A stretch of DNA of 64,000 nucleotides from the human T2T-CHM13v2.0 reference genome, Homo sapiens, in the NCBI RefSeq assembly GCF_009914755.1, contig NC_060928.1; one strand, given 5' to 3'. Below the pieces are notes generated by a model. That model saw only the letters and a program-made list of their open reading frames with translations, was not told the origin of the DNA and did no database searches. Positions 15,976 to 31,399 of this stretch are shown piece after piece; position 1 is the first letter of the stretch; each line of letters opens with the position of its first letter. Both the position numbers and the translations under genes were made by a program.

Positions 15976-17824
15976 TAAAAGCTGTGACACATAATACAAA
16001 AAAAATTACTGGGAATTGGTATTTCTTAACATTCTCACTTTCTCTTTTAAACCAACTTTCTTGGAAGAGCTATTTTGTCTCTTTTAAAAACTCACTTATT
16101 TAATACTTATTTCGTTTCCACTTTCAGAACTCTAAAAATAATATTTTTATCTCAGTTATACAGATAATGAAATAATATAGCTTAGAGAGGTTATGTGGCT
16201 TGGTAGGGTCACTCCTAAAAATAAATGACCCAGGGCTTAAATTCAGATTCACCTGATCCAAAGCTTTTCCTGTCAGCCACCACATTATGGTATCTTTGAT
16301 ATTTTTATGTATTTATACTAATATATATGTGTGTATGTGTATATATATTGTGTAATATTTTAAAAATTTTGTGCTTGAATGGTGAACATGATGTGGCTGC
16401 TTCTGCAACACTAAGAGTTACACAGAATGAACGCATTCGTGAATAAGAAATCAGGAGGCCAAAAGTAGATCTTAACACATTATATCCTGCAATTACAAGC
16501 AAGTTATTAAAATGTTTTAAATTTTATTTCCTTACTTGACAAAAGATCATAGAAAAAAAGAGTCAAGTGGGTTCAATGATGAAATAATTATAAAACAATG
16601 AAATAAAAATGTTACATGCTATAAATTCCTGTCTTTACTGTCAAGAATTAGCTACTAAGAACCCACAGCACTATAAGCATGAAGTAGGTACAGGTGGATT
16701 CCATTTTAGAATGTCTGCACTTGGTAATCTTAAATACTAACAAAATGGCTGTAAATAACAAGGATCTTTACTACTAATGCATCCCTTTGGTAGACTCCAA
16801 TCATATAGCTTCTTCCCTCTCTTGAGCATGAGATACACAGTAGAAACACCAGAAACATATTCTTCCATTTTTGAAAAAATATGTTTTAAAACATAGTTTA
16901 TAAATAATTTTTTTATTCTTAGAGCTGAGCAAATAAATCCATATTCTGAGGCATTGAGAAGTTGGTTTGTGAGAGACATATGTGCTTTCTTGTAATCATA
17001 TGTGATATCTAAACCAAGGGGGAATAAATAGAGAACACTGGATGGGATGGTCCAAGCATTGCCAGGCATGGATGCCAGTACCTGCTCTGGGGACTTCCAC
17101 AGCTATAATTGGAGCTGTAAAAACTAACATAAATAGTAAAACACTTCTTAAAACTTTTATATATTTTATATATGTGTGTACATATAAGATATGAGCATAA
17201 TAATTTTAAAAATATCCATCTTAAAAACTTAATTAGCACATTTTTGTTACCAAATTTTTAAATAGGCAAGGATAAAGCTTATTAGCTAACAAGTAATAAT
17301 ATAATTACTCTTCTACCTATGTATCTATTGAAATTATAGTTGGTATGGATTACTTATCACAAGCACCACTTTCTCTCAAATTGTAGGAAACTTTATATCT
17401 GTCATACATATGACATGTTTCAAACCAAAAATTACAAAACAGAAAATATATGGCTGGAAACCATGCCTTCACGTGCCCTCCATTAGGTTTGGAAGTTGAA
17501 GGAAGGAACTTCAAGGAAACAAATTATGAAGCAAGACATTTCCTTGCAACGAATTTTATGCAGCCCTTCACATGTCAATGGGTGTGACGCTGACACTTTG
17601 TATAGCCCATGTCTTGCTACTGGCTCTCTCCCTCTCCTTGCTGCCTAACAGAGAGGTGAGGGTCAAACATTTGTAAGTTAAGCTCAGGGACAACAGGAAG
17701 CCAAGTGAGGGGCTAAGACATAGGCTTCAGACATTATTTGGAATCTCTATGGCAAGTTTAACAGTCATATTTTAGGCTGTTATTAAAACATCCCCAAGAC
17801 AAAATGGTTAATCAAAGGCATTAG

Positions 17825-18050
17825 AGGCGGTGTGGGGTATCATTTAAAGGCCTAGTCTCTGGATCCACACTACCGAGGCTCCAACCCTTGCTGTATTACT
17901 TACTATCTGAGTGAACTTGGACAATTTACTCAACTTCTCTGAGCTTCAAATGTATTTATCTATAAAATGGGGGTGATACTGGTACCTTACATTATTGGGC
18001 TATTGTAAGAATTAAATGTGTTAATATCGTAACAAGCTTAGAAGAGTTTC
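17825..18050 (+). mobile_element. MIR SINE
   Basis: …gaacttggacaatttactcaacttctctgagcttc…tataaaatgggggtgata…gaattaaatg matches the MIR core. Confidence 0.75.
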
Positions 18051-18904
18051 TGGAGTCTAATAAGAATTTAACAGATGCTGTATCAAAATGGCATTTCAAA
18101 ATGGCTGTATTTAAAATGTCAAGGTCCCAGACAGAATAGAACTCCGGTGCTTGGAGGTGGGAGGAATAAGGAGTGGAAGGCATTCTGGAGACATTCTAAA
18201 GCATCTTCTTCCTTTCTCTCCCCTTCTAGCTTCTTGTATCTTTTTTACTCTTCCATTTTAATTCCTGGCCATGTCTGAAGATTCAAGGATAATTGATTTT
18301 TACCTCTGTATATGTAAATGACATAAATACCAAGACATTAATTTAGGTTGTAAACTGCGGGTTAGGCATTAAGCAGTTATAGACACTAACATACAACTGA
18401 AGCATAATCTGGCAGCCAGAATGAAAAAAAAATGTCTCTAGACAATGCAAATATTATAAGGATATTTTTTCTTTTGCTTAAGTATAGAAGTACATTATCA
18501 TGAATTTAGTTTTACAAAAACAAAATTAATCTCTTCTTCCTGGTCTATAATAACTTTGTGATAAGAGATAATCTCAATGATTTACAATATCACTGCAATA
18601 ATTGGATTTTGGCTTGATGATATAAAATAGAAAAAAGTAATTGCTGTAAACTCTGCATGGAAAACAAAATACCCTGAAATCTAGCTACACATATCATCAC
18701 ACTGTCACTGACTTTACCTTAGAATAGCCATAGGTCTGCTATAGAAAGACCACCTATCATAATGTTCAGTAAAGGAAAATGACGTGCATATAATCATAGA
18801 AAAATTCAAAGCCCAACAAAACAGTAACTCAAAATAAAACATAATGGAAAAAATGGAGGTATTTTCTTCCTCGAATTTTCATAGGCTACCTTCCTTTCAT
18901 CCAT

Positions 18905-19170
18905 AAAGTCTCACATACACGTCACATGCTCAGTAAGGTCTTTCTTGACCATCCTGTACAAAGGAGCAAACTCCCTCCACTATCATCCTTCACAGTAATT
19001 ATGCCACAATTAGCATTATCTAATTGATTTATTTGCATGCTTGTTTCTTCTCTGATTCTTCCCACTGAAATATAACCACTGCTAAGCTGGATAACTTGTC
19101 AGTCTTGTCCGCCATATCCCCAGTGCCTAGACACTTGTGTGCCCAGGAGGCACACAAGAAACACCTGCTG
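18905..19170 (+). mobile_element. L2 LINE 3' fragment
   Basis: …ggtctttcttgaccatcct…tatccccagtgcctagacac resembles the L2 3' end. Confidence 0.6.
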
Positions 19171-19424
19171 TGCTAGGATTATTCTATTGGGCCTACGCTA
19201 TGCTTAATTTGAAAATCCTCAACTAAGAGGCCAGAGATTTTGAGATACCCTTGTGATTGATAGAGATTGACAAGTTTGTGGAGTTTGCTTTGATGGAAAC
19301 CAAAGGCCTTCAACTTATCTGAGATTGTGCTTATTTTAAGCCTTTAAGTCACAGGTTTCAATACAGTGTGCAGCAAGTCTGGGGTAGAATGTGGAACCTC
19401 CATACATCTTATGGTTGTTTTCCC

Positions 19425-19525
19425 ACCTAACTCTACATCAGAACCACTTGGAGAGGTTTTGAAACTACAGATTTATGGGCCCTGAATCAGAATCTCCAGA
19501 GATGCAGATTCACTAACAAGCTCTT
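19425..19525. mobile_element. MER5-like hAT-Charlie fragment
   Basis: acatcagaaccacttggagag…gggccctgaatcagaatctc resembles MER5. Confidence 0.5.
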
Positions 19526-22500
19526 GGATCTATCCTTACCTATTCAGTATTACTAAATACACCTATGCTTTTGAGCCTCTCATAGCACACACAGCCTTCA
19601 TTCTGTGTACTAGTATGGTCCCCCTCACAGGGGCTATGTGTGGAGGAGATGAACACTGGAAAGGCAACCTCTTTCATTGCTCATTCTAGGTTGCTGTGAG
19701 ATTAGGACTTCACTATTATATGAAAGAATCGTAAGTGATTGATGGCATCTAGGAAGGAGGGATGAACCTAAGAAGGCTGATAACACCACATGTCTTTGGG
19801 TATTTCATTGTATTTATTGCTCAGGCCTTGGATATTTCAGCTGTAAGATAAGGGATTTATCCTTAAGTCCTATTATCTCATTCACCATTTTGATATCAAA
19901 TTTCAGGAAGAAAGTGGTCAACATACTAAAGTATCCAGGAGATACCCAAAAGGATGGAGGCTGGGCCCATGACATCACACAGAGTAAAGGCTTGCCTGGC
20001 TATAATATTCACTTACTATTGGTCCCCATCCTCCATCTTCTTGGTTACCCAAGATACTGGTGTCCAAAGAGCAGCACAATATGCCAATGCCAACTGATAA
20101 TACAAGCTGTCTGCTTGGTTGCTCAGGGCCCCCAAATCCTCAGGAGGCTAGGTCCTTTTTTCTTCTACTTTACTTGGCCTTGACAGCACTTCTTGAACAA
20201 CCAGGCTCTGACAATTTTTTTGCCCTTAAGGCAAGTTCACACTTAAATGCTTCCCACATTCTCCTGGCTTCCCATTATTTGCTTCCTATTCCTAATTAGA
20301 ATGCTGGTGGGTGGGGTACCCAAATACTTATGATGTTTAAAAAGCATCAAAAACATAGATGCACAATACAAGTATTTAAAACACTCCTAGCGCTCTATGA
20401 AAATATCCATTCATCTGGCTGAATATTCCAAAAATTTTATTATGTCTTCAGCAGGTTATTAACAGAACTGTATATACTTATGTCAGAAATTTAGAGAGTT
20501 ATAGCATTTAACAAAATGAACACATTAAATATATTGAAATAAAACATAAGTTTATTTTTCTGGAGCATTACTATTCATATCTGTTAGCAACCTGATATGA
20601 CACAAATATTGATGGTTATTTTCCCTGTGAGAAATAACCTGTCATTTGTTTTGTACTGGAAAAGTAAGAACTATCAGATACACTGAGCTGTTTAATCTAT
20701 TTGGTGCAATTAATCTAATATAATCTATCTTGGTAATTTCCCTAAGTCGGGTCACTCAGCAGTTCTGAATATCGCTAATCTAAACAAACGGTGGCAAGAG
20801 TGGCCAATATCCTGTGATGTTTATACACTATCACTTATCTCTTTCTATCAGAAAATACATATCTTCTGCCTAAATAATCAACTACTAATTAAGGCCTAAG
20901 CAAACAATTACTTTTGCATAACTGCCTTTTAATATTGCTTCCTTCCCTCCATTAGCCCATTTTAAGCAAAACTTTATGGGAAATAATTTTCACAAAGGAG
21001 TGGTGCCAAAGACTTTTGATCTAAGTTGAAGCATTTTGAGGTTTGAAATAGGAACAGAAAAATAACATGCAGAAAGTATTTGTCTTTATTTCTTAGGGAA
21101 AGGAAGAGCTTCCCCCAACCCCAATATCACTGTTGGAAAGCTATAAAGCTTTGAAATCACAGGCATGGGGGTTCAAGTACATACAAACAAAACATAAATA
21201 TTAACGTGTGTGTCTATGTGTGTGTATAAAGCCACCCACCACAAAGGAGGAATTCAGAGACTAATGGGTGGTGTGGTAGTCCAGGAGTCATTAAACAGAA
21301 GTTCAGGACTTTACTCACTATAGATTACAGCAAAGTAGTGCTGATGAGAGAAAAATAAGAACCAAGGGCAGTGACAAGGGACTCTTTGTAGTTAGCTGAG
21401 TAAGCTCTTGCAATACACAAACTGAACAATGAATCAGTCACAGGGCGAGTCTAAGAATCCCTAAAACCAGTGTGCTTCTAAGTAGAGAAGATAATAGCCA
21501 GCATATTGAGGACAAAGAGGCCTTTGAGAATAGAATCTTGGCAAAGGAGAGAGGACAGGTCAGAAAGATAAACATGACCAGAACCAAGCATTTGCCTTGG
21601 ATCTTCTATCCAGAGAGATGCTGGTAGCTCTTTAATGAGAAGGGATAGGTGTTCAAAACAAGAACCAATCTTGTTTTATGTAAGTGTTAGGTATGCAAGT
21701 CTAAATAAATTTAGCAAATCTACAAATAAATATATATTATAATTTGATTATTTTTTCAAAGAATTATATTGTTTCTAAGTTCATACTGGCAATTAAATTA
21801 TTGCATTAGAGAATGTAAACCAAAGTAGATAATACTGAACACCTTAGGGTAAGGTTTCACTATAAGAGCTATACAAATAATAGCTTGAAAAGAACTCTGA
21901 TACAGCTGTCACCCTGAATAGAAGATACAAAACCAATGTAATATAAAATATACATTTTCACATAAAATTACTCAACAATATCTTTCACTTAGTGCAAAGA
22001 CTTACACATTTGGTCCTATTTACTTGCCTGTATGAAAGGGAAATCCGTTAAAGAACATCATTGGGTCAACTTGTTAACAATGAGCAAAAATTTTATAATA
22101 TCATATAATTTCATGTTAAAGTTTACGAAAATTAGGTTGTCTGGGGACAGAGGAGTATGTTGTTAAAAATTGTGAAACAATAAATTTACAAACTGCAAAT
22201 GAAAACTAGATTTTTAATGTATCAGCATTTCAAAACTGTTCAGCAAGACTGTGTCAATACTACGATTTAGAAGTCAAGTGCTCTTAATTCTTGACTCATT
22301 ATTTATTTTTCTATAAAGACCTTTTAGTTTCTCCAAAATACTGGCTTTTATCATCTTGGAAGACTTGCATGAAGTAGAAAAACTTCTTATACAAGTTTTT
22401 CCAGTTCATACTAAACTAACAGATCACAATTTTTCCTTTAGAAAAGACGTTACTGAATCGTTTAGCAATTTTCACCATTGGAGTTCCTCACTACTTTCAG

Positions 22501-23877
22501 CTTCCTTTACTTCAACCCAGTGTTTTTTCCATAATAGCCACAGTTCCCCAAGACAATAAAATCCATAATGTTAAAGAACTAAATTTATGTCTAATTCTCA
22601 GCATGAGGAGATTAATTTATTGAATTTATTGATTTGGTTTTTGGATATTCTATTTACCAAAACTTTCTTCTTTTCCAAAATCTACAATTTTGCAGAGAAA
22701 GATTTTGTTTAGAGGTTTTGTTAGAGGTTAACCACAGATATATACTACAAGTATATATCTGCTTCCTCCTGTTGATAATCCAGGGTTATGGAACCATAAG
22801 TGGATGGTAAGTTCAAGTACAAACCAGCTAGCCAGCTATGTGTAGTTCATTAACAGAATGCACAAACTTCTAAAATCAGACAATTACTCAGATAAAGGGG
22901 ACACTGCAGTTTATTACAGCATTTGCTTATATCTAGAAATCTGTATCATAAAATAAACTAAATAAGAAAAAATAACATCGTTCTAATTTACTAAAGAGGT
23001 ATATTTCAAAATAATATTTTCCCATAGGGAATATTACTTTTTCAAAGGATAAATATGTTTTAGGCACTTTATAAAAAACAAACTGTGAATTATTAACCAG
23101 GTCATTCTGGTTTGATGATATAGAACAATAATGAAAAAGTCTCTAAATCAAATCAAAATTTGGTAAATACAGAAATTTCTACCAGCACTTTTTTGGTAAT
23201 AAAAAATTATATATATATGAAATTGCAAGGATTTTAAAAGAAACAATAAAGCTATAAAATCAAATACAAAACAATAATAGCACCAGTACAGATTAATAGC
23301 AGTATTTTAAACATTTCTTTATATTTATGATGCTGTTTTATGAAGATAAATAAACTGTTAGCCAATGTTAATGAGAAACAGTGCAGGGAAATTAAAAAAG
23401 AAAGAATAAAATATATTGTAGATTACAATAGTTATTAACAATTACAATAAACCAGTACTAAATACTTCATTCATCCCCTAATTCTCAGTTCGTAACTGTA
23501 ATCAGATGGAAACAAAACAGAATAGTCTACATGTTAAAAACTATTTTATCAAAGGCCCAAGCATATACAATACCATCATTATGACCACAGTGTACTATTG
23601 CAATCAATAAAAAGTAAATTAATGCAACCTATGTTTATGTTTTTGTCCTAAAGATGAGTGTTCTCACCACTGAGATTCTTTTTTTTTTGCAGTTTTTCCT
23701 CCATTGATTGAATACTTTAAAAGATTTAATTTATTGAATAAGGAATGCATTTTTTTCCATCTGATACCACTATTTTTCCATTTTAGCACCAAATAATATT
23801 ATAATAAAGATGCCTAATTATTAAGGGTTTATAATAGCATCATAGCATTATATAAATTATAGTCACGGTTGTGGTGC

Positions 23878-23932
23878 CAATATATAATTACAATATATAA
23901 TTACAATATACAATTACAATATATAATTACAA
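23878..23932. repeat. 13-bp tandem repeat (CAATATATAATTA) x about 4
   Basis: Visible directly; one variant unit. Confidence 0.9.
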
Positions 23933-24456
23933 GTAAGTATGTATAACATTTATGACAGTATTTAATTAAATTTGTTCATCACCCTGTTCTTGTGTCCAAG
24001 TTTGGTCAGTCCTGGAAACCAGTGGCTATTTGATATGTGAATTTATTTACATTATGTAGTTTACAAGGTCCTTGATTATCATCACCAGCCCATCAAGAGT
24101 ATTGGATGAACATTATAAGTTGATATAATTTCAGCCGAATGTATACAAATTTGATCAGTACATATAAACTACATATAAATATTAATAAGTTATTATTAAT
24201 AAATTACTAATTTTCACTTTAGAAATACTCATCTCAGGTTTCAGATTAACTCCCTCTAGGACCCTGAAAGATGGACTGTCATTACTGTCCAGATCTGGGG
24301 TGTTCGGCTGTCTTAGTGTTTCCACTTTGGGCCTTCCAAGCCTATGTTTCTAGGGCTTTTAAAAAATCTTAGTGTTTCTTAACACTGTGTCTCACTCAGT
24401 ATTCTTTCATTTCTGGCATTTTGCTTTTTCCTGGATATGTTCTTTCACCCTTTGGA

Positions 24457-24720
24457 GAGGCAGTATAGTGCAATGGTTAGGAACTAAGACTACGATGCCA
24501 GACTGCTTGGTTCCAAAGCCAATTTCCACCACCCAATCAGCTGAGTGACCCTGGAGAATCAGCTAATCTCTCTTTATCTGTTTCTTCACATGTAAAGATG
24601 AACATCAAAATAGCACTTCCTTTAAAGGACTATCATGAAACCAGAATTATAAATTAAATAATTGAACATCATTTACTTTAATAGCAGCACATACTACACA
24701 CCTGGCACTTATTATCACAA
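24457..24720 (+). mobile_element. MIR SINE
   Basis: aggcagtatagtgcaatggttagg…gccagactgcttggttc…ctgagtgaccctgg matches the MIR 5' part and core. Confidence 0.75.
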
Positions 24721-24792
24721 GGGTTTGCTATTACTCTTCTTCTTCTTCTTCTTCACTCAGATTTTTTTTGGAATATTATCATCATAATTGCT

Positions 24793-24984
24793 GTTAGTTT
24801 CTGGTTTTTATGTGTATTCCTCCTGTTTGACCTTAGTCAATAAGTGATGCCTTCTTTTTAAATTACTTTCTTATTCATTCTGCTTGAAGTTAGTTTCTGG
24901 TTTTTATGTGTATTCCTCCTGTTTGACCTTAGTCAATAAGTGATGCCTTCTTTTTAAATTACTTTCTTATTCATTCTGCTTGAA
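24793..24984. repeat. Perfect 2 x 96-bp tandem duplication
   Basis: 24793-24888 and 24889-24984 are identical on base-by-base reading. Confidence 0.95.
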
Positions 24985-25737
24985 CCAGCTTTCACTGTCT
25001 ACAGAATGCATAGACTTCTAATTTGCTTTCCCCAATCTCCTCCTTTGCATATGCATACTCTGTTCTTTTTACTACATTTTTAAAGGATTTTACCATCGTG
25101 CTCAGTAAATTATGACTTGTGTAACTGGAACAAGAGAGGTATTTGTAAAAGGCCTCTGCTGCCTCATCTATAAGGAGACTCAGAACTTACAGATTTTTTT
25201 TTTTTTTTTTTTTTTTAAACAATGAAGCAAGCAATGTAAGGAAGAAAAAAGCTTGGCACATGGTATGTACTAACAAAATGTGAAACAGCAGACAGGGCAG
25301 TTATTTCAGAAACTGTCTACCTAAGAAACATTTTGAATGTTCTGCAAGATTTAGATAGATGAATTAAACATCTGTAATCAATGTGGCCATGAGTAAACTA
25401 CACAAAAAGTTGTTCTATATTTTTCCACATTTTATCCAAATGTATGCTATCATATATTGAAAGCTATTAAGGCTGAAATCAAATAGACTAGGTCTCATAC
25501 TCCACAATTTCCATTTTCTAAGAGTGGTAATATCTCTAAATGGCTTTGGTGATACTACCAGTCTTTCAGAGTGGCAGCACCGTGACGAGTTTCCAGTTAG
25601 TCTCATTTTCTTTTGTAGCAAAGCTCATTTACAAGACCACTGTGTTCCACAGCTATGTAATGGTAGTAATGTTTCAAAAGCTGGAAGTGACGGAGTAAAC
25701 AGAAGTAATGTAAGACATTTCACCAAATGGATTTTTT

Positions 25738-25777
25738 GAAAAAACAAAAACAAAAACAAAAACAAAAAAACACAAAA
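25738..25777. repeat. (CAAAAA)n STR
   Basis: Visible directly. Confidence 0.85.
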
Positions 25778-28700
25778 CTTTCTTAGATTTCTGGAAAACT
25801 CAGTTAAGGAAAATTTTCTACATAGGGAAAAAAAGAAAATCACTCCTCTTCCTTGTCATGATAGTCCTCACATTTTGACAATTTAAAGGATTATTTTGTT
25901 TTTAATATTTTAAAATCTTAAGGCAAGCAAGGAATGACATTTAATTCTAAAGTCCACATATTCATTATTAATTTGGCAATTATAGGCAGTGGGAATATCA
26001 GCAGAAGGGTTTTGGCTAAAATTGACTTTTAAGTATTCAGCTCCATCTAATTTCCAGTAAGTGAACAAAGCTAGTAAGTGCTATTCTTATATGGCAATAT
26101 TTAAATGCCTTAAGCAAAGGAATGATTAGACTGATTATCCACTATCACTTCCCTCAGTAAAAATATATGAGCTTACTTGTTATGTGCAGCATATTTGGAA
26201 ATTAAATATGTAATTGTGAATTGATAAATTATTAAAATATTGTTCAGACATATTTGAAAAGGTTCATTTAAAATCTAAGAAAATCTGTTAAGAAAAAGTG
26301 TTATCTGAAAAATAAGTCTGACAAAGGCATTGAACCCATTTATTAATTCTGACTAGATTTTAAAAATCTATCTTTCATTCCCTTACATATCTTTCACTAG
26401 GTAGATATTCCAGAAATATTTATTCAGTTAAATATCCAAACAATGAATAAAACACTGAAACATGAAATATTTACTAAATATTCTGTATTAAAAGATGAAT
26501 AAACACTGAAGACTGGTTGACGTTTCACTTGTGCTGCATTATACTGGGATAATAACAAAAATAAAAATATGGCTTCAAGAAGGGCATACTTGAGAAGATG
26601 TAGATATAAACAATGGTACTGAAAAGCATCAGCTTCCTGACATCAGTGGATTTCCCTCTCTGTACTGGAAACTCCTACGGGTTTAGGCCTTAGGTCTCCC
26701 GTTGATGTCTGATATGGGCAAATCATTTTATTGCCCATTTCCATCCATCACATTACTCAACAGAGGCAGTAGCATATATAATTTTTCTAAAAATAATTGT
26801 TAAATTATAAATACTTTACATTTACTTTTATAATGATGTTTTCACTTTGAAATTTCAAATTACATTAAGAAAAGGCATGAGATTGTTTTCTTTGTCCAAA
26901 AGAAGTACAAATCTAAAAATCTGAGAACTTAGATTAGATTATCTTAAATTTACATGTCAGGACTAATGTTCAATTGAAGACACTATATAAAAGTTTTTTT
27001 ATATGCCACAGTGAGATGAATCATTTTTGTTTACCTCTATAAAACAAATAGGTGTCACAGTATCTTAAACTGACTTAAATCATAACATCCATAAAGTCTT
27101 TGAATATTTTGAAAATTTACATATGTGGCTGTCTCTAATTTAAACATGAATCGGGTCTTAAGTTTCTTGTTTCTTCAGTATACCACAAATATCTAAGGAA
27201 ACTATGCAAAAATCATGTTTGCCTAACATGGTATATATGGCATATAAACTGAGTGATCATAGAAAATTAACACAGGTGTTTGGAAAACATAAAATAGCTG
27301 CTGGTTCATAATAAATTGTGATTCATTAGCAATCCTAATTTCAAATTTAGTTAAATTTTTGTCAATTAAAAATGATGAGTGTTGTTTATATACTAGAATT
27401 GCTAAAAAGATCAGTCAGGATTATCAATCAACTCTTCTCCCTTCCTTTGACAAAATGCAGAAAATTGAAACACATATTCATAATATGTATTTGATAAGTT
27501 ATTAAACTGCTTCTTATTGAGAAAAGTTTGCCTTATAAAACCACACAATTTCTAGCTGCATTACCTTATAAACATTACTTCATTAAATTTCCAAAATTCT
27601 TCGCATCTTCTATATTCCTTGCTTAATGTATTTAAACAAAAATTTTAGATGTTCTTAATACATAGTTTTAAGACATAAGTGTCTTTAAAAATCCTAAATC
27701 TCTTATTAGTCATGTCACAAATCTGAAATATATTTTACAAATAACGCTTGATTTCCCTACAGTTATATTGTATATAAAGTTAATATGTCAGAACAGAAAA
27801 ACGTTCTAAAACTCTAAATAATAGCTAAGTACATAAACTAGGATATTTTATTTCATTTTAATTAACAGGTAGTTATTAAGTACCTGCTGTGCCATAGGTG
27901 TAATGGAGAATTAAAAAAAATAGTCATTATTTTTTTGAACTTGTTGGGAAGATAAGCCTATATGAAATAATTTAAAAATAATGAGTAACTTTATAGTTAC
28001 AGTATACAAATACAACTGATTTTCTCAAGGAACATAGAGTATGCTTGGGATATACAGACTTACACATATGAACAGAAAACAGATGGGGCCTCCAGCTAGT
28101 TAACTGCTCCTGATCTGGCCTTTTATCAATAAGGAGACACTGACGTTTGACCATGGACTTTTCTCTGTGGTCCACACATATGTGAAATGTGAACTGCTAA
28201 AACAGTTTCAGAAGAATCTAGTTTAGAGGCTCTCTAGCATTTCAAGTGTCTCAGAACCTGAGAAAGGGATGAAATCTGACTTTACTCCCTGTTCCCTGCA
28301 CATGTTTCCTGGGAAGTGATGGGAAGTCAAAAAACACAAGGCTTGAAATGGTTGCTGTAGCAGGTATGACAAATATGACTCTTTCCTTCTGTTTCATGAG
28401 AAAGTAATTTTTCTCTCAGCAATGCTAAGTCATCCTGACCACTTCTGACTTTTTCTTTGGAATAGTGAGAGGAACCAAAGACCAGTGTGACTGAGGTCAC
28501 AACACTGGCTTCAAGTATGTTCTGTGGAGTGGAAGGGTTCTTGAGGAGTGTCAGGGTCATTAGTACAGTAAGCTATACTTTTAACTTTTTTTATACCTTG
28601 GATTTCCATGTAAGAGCTCTTTGTATGTGTGTGTGTGTACACAGGTACATGTGTGCATATGTGCACACGTACTTATGTTACAGATGTGACACAGGGTAGA

Positions 28701-29404
28701 TTCTGCTGCTTACAAAAGGCTTTGGAATACTATAGGTATAGACAGTAATTCTTACAGGAAATCAGAAATTAAGGAAAAGAAGGTTGGCTGACATTATCAA
28801 AGAAGACTTAACCAAAAAGAAGTGACTTGCAGCATTGATGAAATTTGTCATAAGCTGAAAGACCTCTAGGCAGAAAGGTGCAAATGAATCAAAATAAGTG
28901 GATTGCAAAAAACAAACAAAAAACTGGATTGAACAGAGAGTATATGTGAAACATCTAGAGATAAATCAGAGAAGGATGGTGACATTATATTATAAGGGTC
29001 TCAAATTCCAGCATAAGGTATTTCGAGGAGAACAATTCCTGTAATGTTTAGGAAGATAAATCTGGTAATTCTATGCAGAATCCAATGGTGAAGAAAAATT
29101 GAAAAAAAAAGTTGCTTTTAATTTGAGGTTTGCTGCATTACTACAGTCACAAGACAATGAGGTCTGGTATTATGATGGTGGCAGTGTGAAAAGATAAAAG
29201 GGGCCAAACAGAACATTCTTTGACTTCTTCAAGACAATTATAAATTAAAATAATAAGTGAAGCCATTCATCTCTCCTTTGATTCAATAAATATTAAATGC
29301 TTACCACATTCTTTTAATATCCCATTGTGTTAGACCCCAAGAATGTTAACAGAAGTAAACATCTAATGAGTGACACTGAATTAAATAATTAATAATACTA
29401 GGGT

Positions 29405-29520
29405 ACAAGCTACAAAGGCAGAGATTTTTATTCTTCTTTGTCTATTGTTGCATTCCTAGGGCCTAGGATAGTGCCTGGCACATAGGGGATCCTCAATAAA
29501 TATTTGCTGAATGAATGAAG
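29405..29520 (+). mobile_element. L2 3' terminus
   Basis: gtgcctggcacatag…ctcaataaatatttgctgaatgaatgaa is the typical L2 end. Confidence 0.8.
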
Positions 29521-29785
29521 GAACAATGCAATGGGCATTGTTCATGGTGGACTCATTCATCATGCTCATCAATGGTGAACTTGATGAAGTCTCCTGGAGG
29601 ATGTGGTACTTAAGCGGAAACTTGATGAATGAAGAGGAGTTAGTCACAGAACAGTGGGACATGAAAGGGAATGTTGCTCACAGTAGAAACAACATATGTC
29701 ATATTACAGGAAGTGAAAGATCTATAAACTTGAAGTTTAGGTGTGGAATGAAAAGATATGACGCTGTAAAGATTAACAAGGGACA

Positions 29786-29927
29786 GGCCAGGCACAGTGG
29801 CTCACGCCTATAATCCTAGCATTTTGGGAGGTGGAGGTAGGCAGATCGCTTGAGCCTATGAATTCGAGACCAGCCTGCACAACGTGGTGAAACCAGATCT
29901 CTACAAAATATACAAAAAAACCCCCCA
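29786..29927 (+). mobile_element. FLAM (free left Alu monomer)
   Basis: Left monomer only, with tail; TSD AAAGATTAACAAGGGA at 29768-29783 and 29928-29943. Confidence 0.88.
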
Positions 29928-30541
29928 AAAGATTAACAAGGGATAGATAATCAGGGTCTTGTCATCCAGGCTAGGAAGCTTGAATTTCATCCAAAGAGGA
30001 GCCATGGAAGAAAAATGGGCAACAGAAAGACTCTATCTTGCTTCTGGCAAGTAATTATACCTATCTAAGCCTCAAGTTCTTAAGAATAAGGACAATATCA
30101 TCTCCCATACAAAGTGGTTGTAAAGATAAAAAATTTGATAAAGTTGTAGTAACTTGTACAGAATAGTACTCTCACAGAAGACAGCTAGAATAACTGGTAC
30201 AGGTTAATACTTCGGCAGAAGGTAAGCTCCCTATTCCTACTATACCACAGCTTTCTTTAGCACCACTTGATTAGAACTATCCCCTTAATAAATGGTTACA
30301 ATAATATTTCAATGTTAAAATATCACTAGCATCAGGCTAGGCTTTTAAAGAGTTTTGTATATCTTATTTTCTATCTTGCCTTCTTTAATTGAATGCTAGG
30401 TAATGGGTAACTGATGGTCCCAATTTTACATCTGTAGATGTAAAGTGCAAGCAAGATGACACTGCTTTCTTATTTACCACTTTTCACACAATATGACCAA
30501 ATTAGAAAAAAAAACTGCAGAAATATTTAAAATAGAAATTA

Positions 30542-31069
<528 letters not shown>

Positions 31070-31399
31070 TTAAAATCCCATCATTTACAGAGCTCTTTCA
31101 CATTGATATTCATTATTAAAGTAGCTAAATATTCACAGGTTACTGAATTATTAATTGATGCACTTTACATCTTGCTTTCACTTTTCATCTACAGATGTAA
31201 AATATTCTTTTCACTGTTTGTAAATATAATGTACTTCAAATGAAGCAAAGAGTTTCGAGGTATCTTAAAATAGAGATTCAATTCATCAAAGCCTCAAAGC
31301 TAATGAAGTCTAAATGCTCGTTAGCACATAGGCAGGGGGGGTATAAGATACTATAGAAACTTAAGCCACTTGCAGGATCTTCTCTTAAGCTCTTTGCAA

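Noticed and set aside
16990-21620. GC-richer patches (about 16990-17780, 19880-20230, 21170-21620) as novel elements
   Set aside because: They look like very old LTR remnants, but I cannot assign a family or function from the sequence alone.
23878-24984. CRISPR-like array from the 13-mer and 96-bp repeats
   Set aside because: No unique spacers, no cas genes, and the context is a primate intron.
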